A DNA stretch of 64,000 nucleotides from the NCBI GenBank assembly GCA_021158105.1, contig JAGGVH010000038.1, forward strand, positions 11,387-75,386, read 5' to 3'. The notes beneath the pieces were generated by a model. The model was not told the origin of the DNA, made no database searches, and saw nothing but the letters and a program-made list of their open reading frames with translations. This document shows positions 37,931 through 49,343 of this stretch, piece by piece. Positions within the stretch are counted from its first letter, which is position 1, and the number at the start of each line of letters is the position of its first letter. The DNA is from Candidatus Micrarchaeota archaeon (GTDB lineage Archaea > Micrarchaeota > Micrarchaeia > Anstonellales > JAGGVH01). A program made the position numbers and the translations under genes.

Positions 37931-40900
37931 TCATTCTAATTTCTCACCACACCAGCAATGTGTCACACGCTCGCCTGAGTGGACAGGGATTAGGTGGCCA
38001 TGCTTACACACCCTATACCCAACAATAATCTGGCCAAACGTCTTGACCTCGTCTGGGACATCAATCCCTGCCCTATCCAGAGGTGAGAACAAATATTCCT
38101 GAACCTTTGACGCTGCATCCTTAAACTTTCTTTTGTCATGCTTAATTTCTTGAGATGTTCTGAGAAATGTACTGCCAAAATACCCTATCCCCATACCTAT
38201 CGGGCCCAATGTCAATGCACCAACAGTGGCAAACGGGTATTCCCCGGCCATGTACAACGGATTGATCATATACCATATTGATGAAAACTTTTTTTGATCC
38301 ATAACATATCTTAAATATTCATCCTTTGCCATCAACAATGATGGCCATAATGCACTACCCAGTTCGCCTGCAAAATGTCCTTGGTCGTCAAACTTTGAAT
38401 ATATATCCCTGTAAACATCATTTCTCAGGTCAGGATTTTCCAATGTATAATCAGGATGGATTGCAACCAATATTCTTGCTGCCTGTGGAGTATAATGTCT
38501 CCTGCCGTCCCACCCAGTATACGTAATCCTGTCCTTATTAATATTTTCAAGGTTTATGAACATGTCCCATTGTTCTGGTAAAAACTTGCGGACCCCAGTA
38601 TAATAATCCCTTCCTGCAACGCCCTGCATGTCAAAGTAATACGCATGAGTGTGATGATAAACTTTTGACGCCCATTCTGCACCAGTATATTCATGGATTA
38701 GACGGGCAAGTGTGCCTATTATTGTGTTTCCTACTTCTGCTGTCCCAACAAACGCTTCCCATTTCTTAGGGCCCGGCAGGGCAGGGTCATACATGTTTGC
38801 ATTCTTTGACGACCATGACGCGCGCTTAGCCATTGCAGTAAACTCCTGTTTAATCATTCCCAATTCATAATGCAACGGATAAAGAAGTTTCTGGAGAGGA
38901 GCATATATGTTAGAATTGGATGATAACAATTCGCTGGGCGTGGGGGCAGCATGCACACCGAACGGCAACAAACTCCATCTCTGCTCATTGTTAGGGTCAA
39001 GCTTGAGTGTCAACGGACCCATAAATCCTCCACCCCATTCCCACAATGTCAAGTTGGCATTTTTCAGTATCATGTCATCAAACTGTTTTCTTGTTTTTTC
39101 CAATGCCTTATAAACATCCTTATACTCGCCACCAGCATACTTCCTCAGCTTTCTCAAATCCTCTTCAATCCTCTGATAATTCTCATACCACAAGTCTGCG
39201 CGCGCATCAAACTCTGCATTGAGCCTTAGACGGGTGTTGAGATAACCTGCAGTCTCACTTTCCAGTTTATTCATCAACTTGTCAAGCTGCTTGTTAGCAT
39301 GGTTTACAGTATTATAATATTCCTCTTCAACAGCCCTTTTCAGTGATCCATAATCTTCATAAGATAACTGTTCATTACGATACTGTTGCAACAAATCGTC
39401 TAATTCTTTGTTCTTTTCAGTATTTACCTGTTCAATAAACTTCCGTGTATTATAAATCTGTTTTCGTATTGATTCAATCCGTGGGGGCTCCTTGCCAACC
39501 CCTGACAACATTAAATCATAATTATACATCTGGAACAGGCGAGCCGATTCTTTTGCCTGTTGGGCAGCCTGCATAACTGCAAAATCTGCAATGTCATGCG
39601 AATTTGTAAGCTCCATCTTTAACCCAGTAAACAGAACCATTAACGACCTGTCCATCTTGTCATAACCTGCTCCTATGCTGCCCAATGTCTTGGCATTAAA
39701 CCTTCTGAGGGCAGCCCCAAGTTTGGTTTGAAATATCTTGCCAGCAAGTTTTGTTGATAACCCAAAACTCATAGCATCAGCAAAAGTAATCGCAGGATTT
39801 AGCAATAACGGGACAAGAGCATTATTAAACATCTTATCCCCTTCATACATCTTCAAATACTCCTTATCAAGTTCATCCAGTGGTTTAATGTCAAAATAAC
39901 CCCAACTGTCCATCTTGCCAACAAATTCCATTCTTGGGTGGTCAGACATTATCTTTCCAAAAATACTAATCCCTTCCTCGTCTAAATATGGGTGGCCTGT
40001 TGCAATGTTTGCCTCGCGGACAAGCGGAAGATAAACATCCCTGTTTATGTCAACATATGTATTTTCATCAACCTTTCCTTTAATATCTGAAAATGTAACC
40101 TTTTTAGTATAACTTTCCGAATCATACCGATTATCTTTATAAATCCTGATAATACGTTCTGTGAACCTTTGTTCTTTATCATTATATTGATAAACATGAA
40201 CCTCTTTGAATTCAGCATTGTTCTTATCCTTGTCCTTTCCATCAACAAACTTATAAAATATTGAACGTTTATAATCCAAATCTTTAAACTCTAAAAGGTT
40301 AGGGTCATACCTTTTACCGTTGAACACTATACGTTTGCCGTTATACCCATATTCTCCTTCCCACCCCTTGCCATCAGCAAGTTGGACATTAACGCCGTTA
40401 TCCTTTAATGTCTTATACATTCTTTCCATCATTTCAACATATCTCCTGTTTACTTGCCCATTACGGTCAATACTACTTATACCAAACAATTCATTAGGCA
40501 TATAATGAGTCTTGCCGCGCGCGTTGTATACCAGAACACCGTTCTCAATCGTATCAGATTTGCCAACCGGTGCACCTTTAAAATAAGGCATAAAATGACG
40601 GCTTTCAGTAAACACCCAAACGCCCCTTTGTAAATCTTCATATGTGGGCCCGCCCTGAGAGATATACTCTTCCCAATTTTTGCCATACAACTCTTCATAT
40701 TTGTTTGCCAACTTATTATAAATTTCCCTGTCCTTTTCTACCTTGTCAACCATAAACCATGATGAATGGTCGCGGATTACTGCTTTCAATCTTAAACCTA
40801 ACATGTCATTGATTTCATCATTATACCTGTTGTTTGCTTTTAACAAATAATACATAGTTTTCATTTCAGATAATTTCTCTGGAGGGGTGGATTTAACAAT

Positions 40901-43690
40901 CTTTCCATACATTCTTTCAACAACATCATACAACTTTGAAACTATAATCATCTGGTCAGTATCTGCAAGCGTTGAATACCCATGTGTAGCATCTCTAATT
41001 TTTTTAGAAGTAGTCCATTTTAACAATTCATCATAAGATTTAAACTTCTGTAGTGCATCGATTAATTTGATAGGAATCTTATGACCGTTGTCATCATATA
41101 TGGCAACCTTTTTGTTAAGATATTTTTTCAATTTTTCCTTTTCATTACTACCATCATCCAACGAATCATAATATTCAAGGAATGTTTGTATTGCAGCCTC
41201 GCGTGAAAACGCAAAACGTCTAAAAATATCTTCAGGCTTTAATTTGCCTTTGCCCAAACCTTTAGCATATCCTAAACTCAACAATGTCTTGTTCATTACA
41301 TAATCTTCAATCCCAAGAGTCTTGTCCTCTGGTGGGAGAGTTTCTTCATGCTCAACAAGCTTTTTTTCGTTTGCAATCAATGCATCAAACGATGACAACA
41401 ACCTATCCAATTGATTGATAATCCTCTTATCAGTTGTAAGCGTCTTTGCACGTGCAACACGATCCCTGAGAACCTTGTCCAACCTGCTCAGTGTTCTATA
41501 ATTATAATCTTTTTGAAGGTCTTCAAACGTTAACCCTAAACTTTTTAATATTTGAGCAATCTCGCCTTCTTCTGCCCCCAATAACGCGTCAAGAGAATCC
41601 ACTTCTGAAAGGAACGTTGAAAACGCCTTATTATAATTGTCTATATCTTTTTGCAATACTGACCTAACCTTGCCAGTGCCAAACTTTAGCTCCTTTGCAC
41701 GACCTCGCAAAAACTCTTTTATCTTAATCTCAACATCTGCCAATGCATCATCAAAAGTTATATCTTCACCGTTTGCAACCTTTTCTGCATAAATAAAAAA
41801 TGCCCAGGCATACTTCATCTTTTCAATGCTTACTCTTTTTTTACGCGTTGTATCAGAAGCATTTTTAGTGTTCATAGTCCATTGGGGAGTAGAATCATAA
41901 TCTGTCATAAAAGGAAAGACAATTACTGGGTTTTTCCATCCCTCAACACTACCACCCAAGGTTTCAATAAATGTATCTCTGAGTGTGGTTTGAAAAGATG
42001 AAAGAAAGACTGTCAACTTGTCAAATTTATCTTTACACGAATCAGAAGAATTGATTATATTCAAGAAATCATTGTATACTGTCAAACTCCATTGTGTTTC
42101 TGATATGTCAACAATATCCATAATCTGTTTATAGAATTCTTCTAACTCCAACCTCCCGGCTATCATTTGCTGGTATAACTTATTAATCTTATCTCTTTCT
42201 TTCTTAGTTTTAATGTTTGAAAGTGCAGTGACATAAATGTATGTGCTTACCATTTTATGAATACCCCTCCTATAATCCTCAAAATTAACCTTTGCCCTGT
42301 CAACAGGATTATAGAACGCTGCAATACGCTGTTTAGGTGTTTTCTTTTTCCATAGTATTTTCTTTAAAGGTGTTGCTGCATAGTATAATCCCTTGGCAAC
42401 CAAACTATGCTTTTTGTATGCCTCTGCCCATTCTGAAACATGTTTAACCTGCTTCTTAAACCGATTCTTAGGCTTGGTCCATAACCGCACCACGCCACCG
42501 ACAAGTGGCACCTTGCCCAATGCACCAGGGCGATACCATTCAAATTCAGCATTCACACTTTCCCTATACTTTTTGACTGTCATCAACTGCGACATATAAT
42601 TTACTCCACTTTCTGTAACATTATACATCTCCATGTCAATACCATAACGAAGCAAGATCCGTTTTAACATTTCTTGGTACTCTTTCTTATTTTTCACGTT
42701 TAGGTTATGGGATTGAATGTCGCCAACCATGTTCATAGCTTCTGCTGCATACCTCTTTTCCTCATCAGTCAAAGTAAAATCTTCTTTCATCCTTGTTGCA
42801 CGACGCAACATTTCCCTAACCTTATTATGTCTTCCCTTAAGAAGCATCATGATAGCAGCAAGCTGGGCCTGTGGAGACAAATACGATATCCCCCTCATTC
42901 CTTTTGTCCCATTGAACCACATCTTAAGGTGTATGCCTCCAAAAGTAGTACTGCCAAACGTCTTCAATAAAATCTTCTTGGCCTTGCCTGCAATAACCAA
43001 CGAATTAAGATATATGCGGTTTAGACGTTTTAATCTTCCTGACTGGGATTTCCCAACAGCCCCAACCCTTTTCCGAACTGCTCTAAACCGTTTAAATTTG
43101 GGTGTTACGATATCAAGCATGGACAACGGGTTGGCACCAAAATAAAACATTGAAGCTGCAAGCACACCAACCAACAATGAAAACAATAAACATACTGTCT
43201 GGTTTTTAGAAAACAATAATGTCAACAGATTATTAACATTCTCAACATCTGTGCCTCCGGGAGCGGGAATATACACATAATTCTGTGATGTTACACTACA
43301 CTTGTCTGCCTCTGCTGACAACCTATACCATTTGCCCGGATTAAAGTGTGACCCGCTTATGATTACCTCAAGAGTCCCATTGTTGTCTGTCCTCCCAGAA
43401 CCGACCAATGTTTTAGTGGTGTCGTTCAATATGAATATGTTAACATCACAATCAGGAACAACGTTTGATACGCCAATCGTTGCAGGATTAGTATATGAAA
43501 CTGTCTCACACCCTGGGTTTAACTCACCGGCTTCAGTCATGGGCTGTTCTGTGATATTATAAACAGAAATGATTACACTTACACTGCCATTATCCAGAAC
43601 ATGAGTGGTCATGTCCATAAAATAAGAAAATGATATGGGCGATAATAAAAACAACAATGCCAACAATATTGTAGTATGTTTAACCATCAC
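37931..43690 (-). CDS. Giant (1919 aa) signal-anchored protein: ~170-aa ectodomain, TM, huge cytoplasmic partly coiled-coil region, C-terminal Zn-ribbon-like CxH...HCWC
   Basis: N-terminal signal, then an NxT-rich ectodomain, then TM VCLLFSLLVGVLAASMFYF followed by a basic patch. The architecture parallels 18576..23645. C-terminus CKHGHLIPVHSGERVTHCWCGEKLE. Confidence 0.65.
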   Translation of the reverse strand: MMVKHTTILLALLFLLSPISFSYFMDMTTHVLDNGSVSVIISVYNITEQPMTEAGELNPGCETVSYTNPATIGVSNVVPDCDVNIFILNDTTKTLVGSGRTDNNGTLEVIISGSHFNPGKWYRLSAEADKCSVTSQNYVYIPAPGGTDVENVNNLLTLLFSKNQTVCLLFSLLVGVLAASMFYFGANPLSMLDIVTPKFKRFRAVRKRVGAVGKSQSGRLKRLNRIYLNSLVIAGKAKKILLKTFGSTTFGGIHLKMWFNGTKGMRGISYLSPQAQLAAIMMLLKGRHNKVREMLRRATRMKEDFTLTDEEKRYAAEAMNMVGDIQSHNLNVKNKKEYQEMLKRILLRYGIDMEMYNVTESGVNYMSQLMTVKKYRESVNAEFEWYRPGALGKVPLVGGVVRLWTKPKNRFKKQVKHVSEWAEAYKKHSLVAKGLYYAATPLKKILWKKKTPKQRIAAFYNPVDRAKVNFEDYRRGIHKMVSTYIYVTALSNIKTKKERDKINKLYQQMIAGRLELEEFYKQIMDIVDISETQWSLTVYNDFLNIINSSDSCKDKFDKLTVFLSSFQTTLRDTFIETLGGSVEGWKNPVIVFPFMTDYDSTPQWTMNTKNASDTTRKKRVSIEKMKYAWAFFIYAEKVANGEDITFDDALADVEIKIKEFLRGRAKELKFGTGKVRSVLQKDIDNYNKAFSTFLSEVDSLDALLGAEEGEIAQILKSLGLTFEDLQKDYNYRTLSRLDKVLRDRVARAKTLTTDKRIINQLDRLLSSFDALIANEKKLVEHEETLPPEDKTLGIEDYVMNKTLLSLGYAKGLGKGKLKPEDIFRRFAFSREAAIQTFLEYYDSLDDGSNEKEKLKKYLNKKVAIYDDNGHKIPIKLIDALQKFKSYDELLKWTTSKKIRDATHGYSTLADTDQMIIVSKLYDVVERMYGKIVKSTPPEKLSEMKTMYYLLKANNRYNDEINDMLGLRLKAVIRDHSSWFMVDKVEKDREIYNKLANKYEELYGKNWEEYISQGGPTYEDLQRGVWVFTESRHFMPYFKGAPVGKSDTIENGVLVYNARGKTHYMPNELFGISSIDRNGQVNRRYVEMMERMYKTLKDNGVNVQLADGKGWEGEYGYNGKRIVFNGKRYDPNLLEFKDLDYKRSIFYKFVDGKDKDKNNAEFKEVHVYQYNDKEQRFTERIIRIYKDNRYDSESYTKKVTFSDIKGKVDENTYVDINRDVYLPLVREANIATGHPYLDEEGISIFGKIMSDHPRMEFVGKMDSWGYFDIKPLDELDKEYLKMYEGDKMFNNALVPLLLNPAITFADAMSFGLSTKLAGKIFQTKLGAALRRFNAKTLGSIGAGYDKMDRSLMVLFTGLKMELTNSHDIADFAVMQAAQQAKESARLFQMYNYDLMLSGVGKEPPRIESIRKQIYNTRKFIEQVNTEKNKELDDLLQQYRNEQLSYEDYGSLKRAVEEEYYNTVNHANKQLDKLMNKLESETAGYLNTRLRLNAEFDARADLWYENYQRIEEDLRKLRKYAGGEYKDVYKALEKTRKQFDDMILKNANLTLWEWGGGFMGPLTLKLDPNNEQRWSLLPFGVHAAPTPSELLSSNSNIYAPLQKLLYPLHYELGMIKQEFTAMAKRASWSSKNANMYDPALPGPKKWEAFVGTAEVGNTIIGTLARLIHEYTGAEWASKVYHHTHAYYFDMQGVAGRDYYTGVRKFLPEQWDMFINLENINKDRITYTGWDGRRHYTPQAARILVAIHPDYTLENPDLRNDVYRDIYSKFDDQGHFAGELGSALWPSLLMAKDEYLRYVMDQKKFSSIWYMINPLYMAGEYPFATVGALTLGPIGMGIGYFGSTFLRTSQEIKHDKRKFKDAASKVQEYLFSPLDRAGIDVPDEVKTFGQIIVGYRVCKHGHLIPVHSGERVTHCWCGEKLE

Positions 43691-43895
43691 TTCACCTATC
43701 TTTTCAAATGCTTTTCAAACAATGATTTATTTGAAGTACCAAGTTTACAGAACCAAATCATAAAAATATAAGTTGGGAACACAAATATTTAAACCTTTCT
43801 AAAAATTAAAAATGGAAATTAAATTTATACGAACTCTTTTTGCAATCCATCATACAACCAAAACTTTTTAAACATCAAAATAGAATATATTAAAC

Positions 43896-45065
43896 ATGGA
43901 AAGATTATGGGATGAAAAAGAAATACTTAATGTTATACTCATCGAAATGAACGAAAAACAATTAAAAGAATTTGTTAATGATGAAAATAAGTTATTGGAT
44001 TTGTTATTAAAAAAGATATCAAATAAGAATCGGGTCAAGTTTGATGAGAAATACAAAAAAGAAATTAACGAATATGTTTCAAAATTGATTAAAACATTGG
44101 CAGACCTTGATGACATAGTAACAAAAACTAAAGAAATCATAAAGACATACAGTGAAACATGTTCAGACAATGCGTCAACTCCCAACCTTAAAAAACTTAA
44201 TAAGAAAACCGAAGAAATAAACAAACAAATCAAAAAGATTGACCATAAACTGAAAAAGTTAGGGCTACATACTACTGAGAAAATGATGGCACTGTCAAAA
44301 CAAATCACAGAGTTTGCTGCTGATGCAATGCTGCCAGATGATGATGTTATTAAAACAATCATTGAAATCGTTCCAACATTAGAAACATTAGACAACGACC
44401 TTAAAATATTAAACGATGCAAGATATCAAGAATATAGAGGGCCAAACGATTTGCTCAACAAATGGTATGTTAAACGGATTTCGCGATGGCCGTTATTAAA
44501 CATAAAAGGAAGGAAAAAGGTTAAACAATACCTAAAAACGCCTGACATCATAATAAAATATGGTGAAATGGTGGACAACATGCCAAATGTCCCATTAATC
44601 GACTGGCAGGGGTACAATTCATTAATAATAAAAAAATCCCAAGTATTATTTAACAAAATTATAAAAACCAAAGATAAAGATGAAAAAACAGAAAACCCAT
44701 TAAACAGACTAAAAACCAATCCGTTAAAATTATCATTTGCGTTGGGTTATATTACAAACGAATTAGAATCAAAAAGAAGCAAAAAGATTGTAAGGAGAAT
44801 ACTAATAATCGGGGCAGTGGTGTTGGGTGCAGTATTAAATTACAGCATACCATCACCAAAACAGGCCCCACAATCATACCAGCCAAAGGATAAACAAGTC
44901 ACAGAAGTCATTGATAATATTAAACAGAAAAAACAAATGTTTACACAGCACAATGCTTCTAAACACGTCCAACCAACCACTAAATCATTACAAGATTCGT
45001 CATCAAACACAAAAGATAGTAAAACAAAGAACAAATTGTACAAGATAAGAAAATCTAAATTCTAA
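43896..45065 (+). CDS. Lys/Glu-rich coiled-coil protein with C-terminal TM anchor and Ser/Lys-rich tail
   Basis: 389 aa with TM IVRRILIIGAVVLGAVL near the C-terminus. Divergently transcribed from the giant gene. Confidence 0.45.
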   Translation: MERLWDEKEILNVILIEMNEKQLKEFVNDENKLLDLLLKKISNKNRVKFDEKYKKEINEYVSKLIKTLADLDDIVTKTKEIIKTYSETCSDNASTPNLKKLNKKTEEINKQIKKIDHKLKKLGLHTTEKMMALSKQITEFAADAMLPDDDVIKTIIEIVPTLETLDNDLKILNDARYQEYRGPNDLLNKWYVKRISRWPLLNIKGRKKVKQYLKTPDIIIKYGEMVDNMPNVPLIDWQGYNSLIIKKSQVLFNKIIKTKDKDEKTENPLNRLKTNPLKLSFALGYITNELESKRSKKIVRRILIIGAVVLGAVLNYSIPSPKQAPQSYQPKDKQVTEVIDNIKQKKQMFTQHNASKHVQPTTKSLQDSSSNTKDSKTKNKLYKIRKSKF

Positions 45066-45069
45066 AAAA

Positions 45070-45603
45070 TTAATCCATGTTAGTCAAATTCCTGCAATAC
45101 TCCTGCTGTGTCATCCTATCTGCTGAATCCCCAAAAATCATCTTCATAACTTCCTGGTCCGTGTCTGCATAATAATTCTCAACATAATCGCAATAATTAG
45201 AATCATTGGTTTCAGTTGCCAAAAATATAAAGCACTCATTTTTAGATTCTTTATTCTTGATATTACTGCACAGGTTTACAACCTCGGCATAATTATTGCT
45301 GCTTACAGACTGTAACGCCAAATATCTATATATTGCCGATGAAAATAAACATTCATCCCTCCCAAAAGAAGTGCTGATTTTATCACAAACATCAATAACT
45401 TCAATATAAGTGTGGGAAGTGCTCCGCGCCATTGTGTATGCCACAGTCAGGTAACATTCATCTTTGTTTAAATCATTATCTAAATGCCCGCACTGGCTAG
45501 GGTCTGATAATTGATGAAGATGAACACAACCTGTAAACATTAATAATACTAATAGTATAGCAAAACCTATCACACCAATATCACATCTTAATTTTCTTTT
45601 CAT
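45070..45603 (-). CDS. Small Cys-rich lipoprotein-like secreted protein with 3 (D/N)ECxxxxA repeats
   Basis: Signal with FTGC lipobox-like motif. Repeats KDECYLTVAY / RDECLFSSAIY / KNECFIFLATE. Its start abuts the stop of the upstream family gene. Confidence 0.5.
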   Translation of the reverse strand: MKRKLRCDIGVIGFAILLVLLMFTGCVHLHQLSDPSQCGHLDNDLNKDECYLTVAYTMARSTSHTYIEVIDVCDKISTSFGRDECLFSSAIYRYLALQSVSSNNYAEVVNLCSNIKNKESKNECFIFLATETNDSNYCDYVENYYADTDQEVMKMIFGDSADRMTQQEYCRNLTNMD

Positions 45604-46761
45604 TTATATCACCTTTGCCAACCCTCTGGCAATCTCAGTAAGGTCAGCACCCAGCAACAATCCTGCTGAACGTATAAACGTATACAGGCCTGTAAGTGCA
45701 ACAACTGGATAAATCAAAGTGCGGTATATCCACACCACAAACATGTTTGTTGTGATATAAGATATAACTGTCTTAAACAATTTAAACAGACTACCATACT
45801 GCCCCATTATTAAAGAAATATCATCCTTGTCTATCCTGCAATCCTCTGTAATCTCAGTCATCAACCTCACAACCTGCTGATACGACCCAGACTTTTCAAT
45901 ATTTTTATAAAATGCATTCAAAAGGTTTGAAGGATAGATGCCTTCCATTATCACAAAAACATAAACATAAATCGTATGGATAACAAACCCTAATCCCAAC
46001 CCAAACGCCACCAACATCGCACCTGCACCCCTGGTGTTTGGAAACATACGCAACACTATACCCAAGGGTAGTAAGAACGATGCAATGCATGGACCGTATA
46101 ACATCAATTCCATAAACAAATATTGTGTAAATATGATTGTATCAATCTTATCCATAATAAACTCTGTAAATGTCAAAAGCGGAAGACCTATTCTTCCTGA
46201 GAAAAATCCTTTGGGCTTACCGCTATTTTTCACTATGGACGTTTCAGATGCAACTTTTATAGGATAATATACAGTATTAAAAACCTTGTACATGTTCGCC
46301 ATAGTATGCACAGTATCCTTTACAAGAAGCACAGAATAACTGTTAACTGAACTGATATTGTATAATTTAGAATATTTAGGATTGTTGGCTTCTGCATTAG
46401 GTATCACAGTCCCTTCAACATAACCAAACACAGTCGCTGAATCGGGCCATGTGCCGACTGTCACGCCCAACCCAGAGTCATGGGCATAATCTTCGATATC
46501 AAAATCCAATTCTTTAATCACAGTGCCACTTTCAATCATGTGTGATATTGTCAGCACTCTCCCGCCAACTGCCAAAATTTCTATGAACGAAATAAGTATT
46601 ATAACTATCAACACTGTTGAAAACACATCGGCTAAGAACCCCTTTGCTTTAAACTCCAACTCAGATGACTTGAAAAACTTTGCCAACAGATACAATAACA
46701 CTGAAACAATCAATCCAGTCATCATAGAAATTACTACCAACAACATCCAATCATTGAACAT
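45604..46761 (-). CDS. Family member B6
   Basis: Core LPLGIVLRMFPNTRGAGAMLVAFGLGLGFV. C-terminal LLLGADLTEIARGL. Confidence 0.65.
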   Translation of the reverse strand: MFNDWMLLVVISMMTGLIVSVLLYLLAKFFKSSELEFKAKGFLADVFSTVLIVIILISFIEILAVGGRVLTISHMIESGTVIKELDFDIEDYAHDSGLGVTVGTWPDSATVFGYVEGTVIPNAEANNPKYSKLYNISSVNSYSVLLVKDTVHTMANMYKVFNTVYYPIKVASETSIVKNSGKPKGFFSGRIGLPLLTFTEFIMDKIDTIIFTQYLFMELMLYGPCIASFLLPLGIVLRMFPNTRGAGAMLVAFGLGLGFVIHTIYVYVFVIMEGIYPSNLLNAFYKNIEKSGSYQQVVRLMTEITEDCRIDKDDISLIMGQYGSLFKLFKTVISYITTNMFVVWIYRTLIYPVVALTGLYTFIRSAGLLLGADLTEIARGLAKVI

Positions 46762-46773
46762 TCATACCACCAT

Positions 46774-47895
46774 CTATATCATCCGGGTGAGGTTTGCAAC
46801 ATTTAAACTTTCGCCTAATATTCCAGAGATTGTTGTGCTGATGCTTGAAAGGATTAAGATATTAAGCACCGGCAGTAACACACCCCCAATGAATAATGAG
46901 CCGATTATCCCAATCAAGAATACTATATAGAAAAATACTGACAATAATATTGAAATCAAAACTGCATAGTGCAAACCCTTGTCCAACTTTATAAGCACAT
47001 CTGCTATTTTCATTACTCTGCCAGTACCAATATGGCCTTGGAGCCAATGTGCAATGGTTGGGTTTTTCATGGCAGACATTGCAATCTTATTACCACTTAG
47101 CGCCATCCATGACAATACAACAGAACCCGATGCAAGAGTTGCAGGGCCAAGATAATTCTCAGGCATGATTGTCTTCATTATCAACCCGTCCAACATCAAC
47201 AATAGAGGATAAAATATTGATAATGTCAAAACTGCCCCGATGATTGCACCGCCGATAGTCCTTGTTGGCGCGAACGACCTGAACAGAAAACCTATTGGTA
47301 AGAACACCCCAACCATCGGAGACCATGAGAAGTAAAGGATAAATATCTGTGTCATGGCAGAAAGCAACATTACGACAATACTCATCGCACCCAGCCCTAT
47401 AAACAAGTCAACAAATGACTTGACACCGCCGAACGGTGAGAGTGAATTAGTTTCAATGTTGACGTTAGTTCCTGCCACACCACCGGCGGTTGAGTATGTT
47501 ATTGTTGTGACAACAAACATGTCAGATGACCATGTCAAGAACTTTTTAAGGTATGCCATTCCAAAATCAAACGGTGAAACACAATCTGATGTGCCGCAAT
47601 AATAACTCTCATAGTTGCCATCTGCACCAGGCAATGAATCCATCATAGGACCTAAATCAAACCCACACATCCCGGAATATAACATTAAGATAACAATGAA
47701 CAAACCGGTTGTGAAAAACATCTGCATGATCTCATGAGACACCCGCGATGAAAGTTTAGAATTATTCATTATCTTTGACAAGAAATAAATAAACGCATAT
47801 ATCGCAGTACTTATAATCAATATTATAAATGTGTATAATGCCCATTGACCAAACGGCGCACCGCCAGAACATACAGTTTCCATTGTCGTAAACAT
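46774..47895 (-). CDS. Family member B5
   Basis: Core LPIGFLFRSFAPTRTIGGAIIGAVLTLSIFYPL. C-terminal ISGILGESLNVANL. Confidence 0.65.
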   Translation of the reverse strand: MFTTMETVCSGGAPFGQWALYTFIILIISTAIYAFIYFLSKIMNNSKLSSRVSHEIMQMFFTTGLFIVILMLYSGMCGFDLGPMMDSLPGADGNYESYYCGTSDCVSPFDFGMAYLKKFLTWSSDMFVVTTITYSTAGGVAGTNVNIETNSLSPFGGVKSFVDLFIGLGAMSIVVMLLSAMTQIFILYFSWSPMVGVFLPIGFLFRSFAPTRTIGGAIIGAVLTLSIFYPLLLMLDGLIMKTIMPENYLGPATLASGSVVLSWMALSGNKIAMSAMKNPTIAHWLQGHIGTGRVMKIADVLIKLDKGLHYAVLISILLSVFFYIVFLIGIIGSLFIGGVLLPVLNILILSSISTTISGILGESLNVANLTRMI

Positions 47896-47909
47896 TCAAT
47901 CACCAAAAA

Positions 47910-49307
47910 TCATATCAAACTTACCAATGACGCAAAAGATATTTCAGACCCTAAGAACCGTGAAATGTCCTTTGCAGCTGTCAATGTCACAGTAATATTA
48001 ACCAAAGGCAGTATTATACTTATAATCAACAGGAATGAGACCATGCGCGACATGAACAGTTCAAGTATATGGGCAAACATACCAATTATAAGGGTTGCAG
48101 ACATGATAGGTAGTATAATCTTTAATATTTTGTTAAGGATGTATGCTGCTCCTGCAACCTCATTCGTTGGGACAGGTGAGCCGCCAGAAAGTATACTCTG
48201 CGCTACCGAACTTGCAAAATTAACCCCTACGATTGCTATTATATCACGTGCGAACGATGCCACAAGATTAAGCAGAAACACAGAAGAATACGGTGGAAGA
48301 ATATTGAGTGCAATACTTTTTTTCGTAAAGAATTGTGAAAGAATTTTTAATATCTTAAACCCAGATGCATTGATTATTGCATTGCCATAGTTGACCATCT
48401 GTTTAAAACTGGCATGGAACCAGTCATTAACTATTAATGCATTCATGTATAACATTGCAGGATAGATAAAATACAATGATAACGATAGTGCTATGATCGC
48501 CCCGCCTGCCTTGCGCGTCACAGAAAAATTGCGCATTATCAACCCAAACGGAAGGAACAATTCAATCAATAATGTTGATATGAACTGTATAAACGATGCC
48601 TTGACAACCCATTCTGCCATACCAAGTGCATATGCCTGTATCAATTTACCAAAATACCCTTCCAAAACCATGTAAAAGTTGTTTATATTCAAATCAAACT
48701 GGACAAACCCAAAAGGGATGGCTGGCAGTTCAAGTGTTGACGCCAAATGAACAACAGACTGCATAATTGCCAATGATACAGTATCTACAAGCATAGAATT
48801 CCGAACTGATAATGTATAATAACACGCTGCCTGTTGCAATGTGCACGGTGAATCCAAACCATGAACAGACTGGATTACTTTGGCAATTTGTGGATTGATA
48901 AGCCCTAATAAAAATACAATAAAAAGTATCAGAAATATGTTTGCAATGATTTGATACAACTCCTTTTTCATCCATGCACTAACTGAAGGGTCATTAAAGA
49001 ACATTCTTCCAAAATAAAATAATACTCCTATCACAACACTCAATACTGCTGCAACTGCGATCGGCAGGAACCATCTGCTGCCGATCCCGGGCTGCTCACC
49101 GGGTCCTATACCCGGCGGGTCACACCCCACATTCCCTGACCAGTCAGTAATATTAGTGAAATTCATTATCATTGAAGATTGGTCTTCAGGTGTGGCACCG
49201 AGAAAGTCTGATATAAAAGAACTATGAACATTCATAATAAACAATAACAAAATGAAAAGCATGCACATTTTCAACATCCTTAATTGTTTCCGTCCCATAC
49301 ATACCAC
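47910..49307 (-). CDS. Family member B4
   Basis: FNDPSVSAWMKKELYQ. Core LPFGLIMRNFSVTRKAGGAIIALSLSLYFIYPA. C-terminal SRFLGSEISFASL. Confidence 0.65.
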   Translation of the reverse strand: MVCMGRKQLRMLKMCMLFILLLFIMNVHSSFISDFLGATPEDQSSMIMNFTNITDWSGNVGCDPPGIGPGEQPGIGSRWFLPIAVAAVLSVVIGVLFYFGRMFFNDPSVSAWMKKELYQIIANIFLILFIVFLLGLINPQIAKVIQSVHGLDSPCTLQQAACYYTLSVRNSMLVDTVSLAIMQSVVHLASTLELPAIPFGFVQFDLNINNFYMVLEGYFGKLIQAYALGMAEWVVKASFIQFISTLLIELFLPFGLIMRNFSVTRKAGGAIIALSLSLYFIYPAMLYMNALIVNDWFHASFKQMVNYGNAIINASGFKILKILSQFFTKKSIALNILPPYSSVFLLNLVASFARDIIAIVGVNFASSVAQSILSGGSPVPTNEVAGAAYILNKILKIILPIMSATLIIGMFAHILELFMSRMVSFLLIISIILPLVNITVTLTAAKDISRFLGSEISFASLVSLI

Positions 49308-49343
49308 ACTACTAATTTATAGCTAACATTTTATATGAAGATA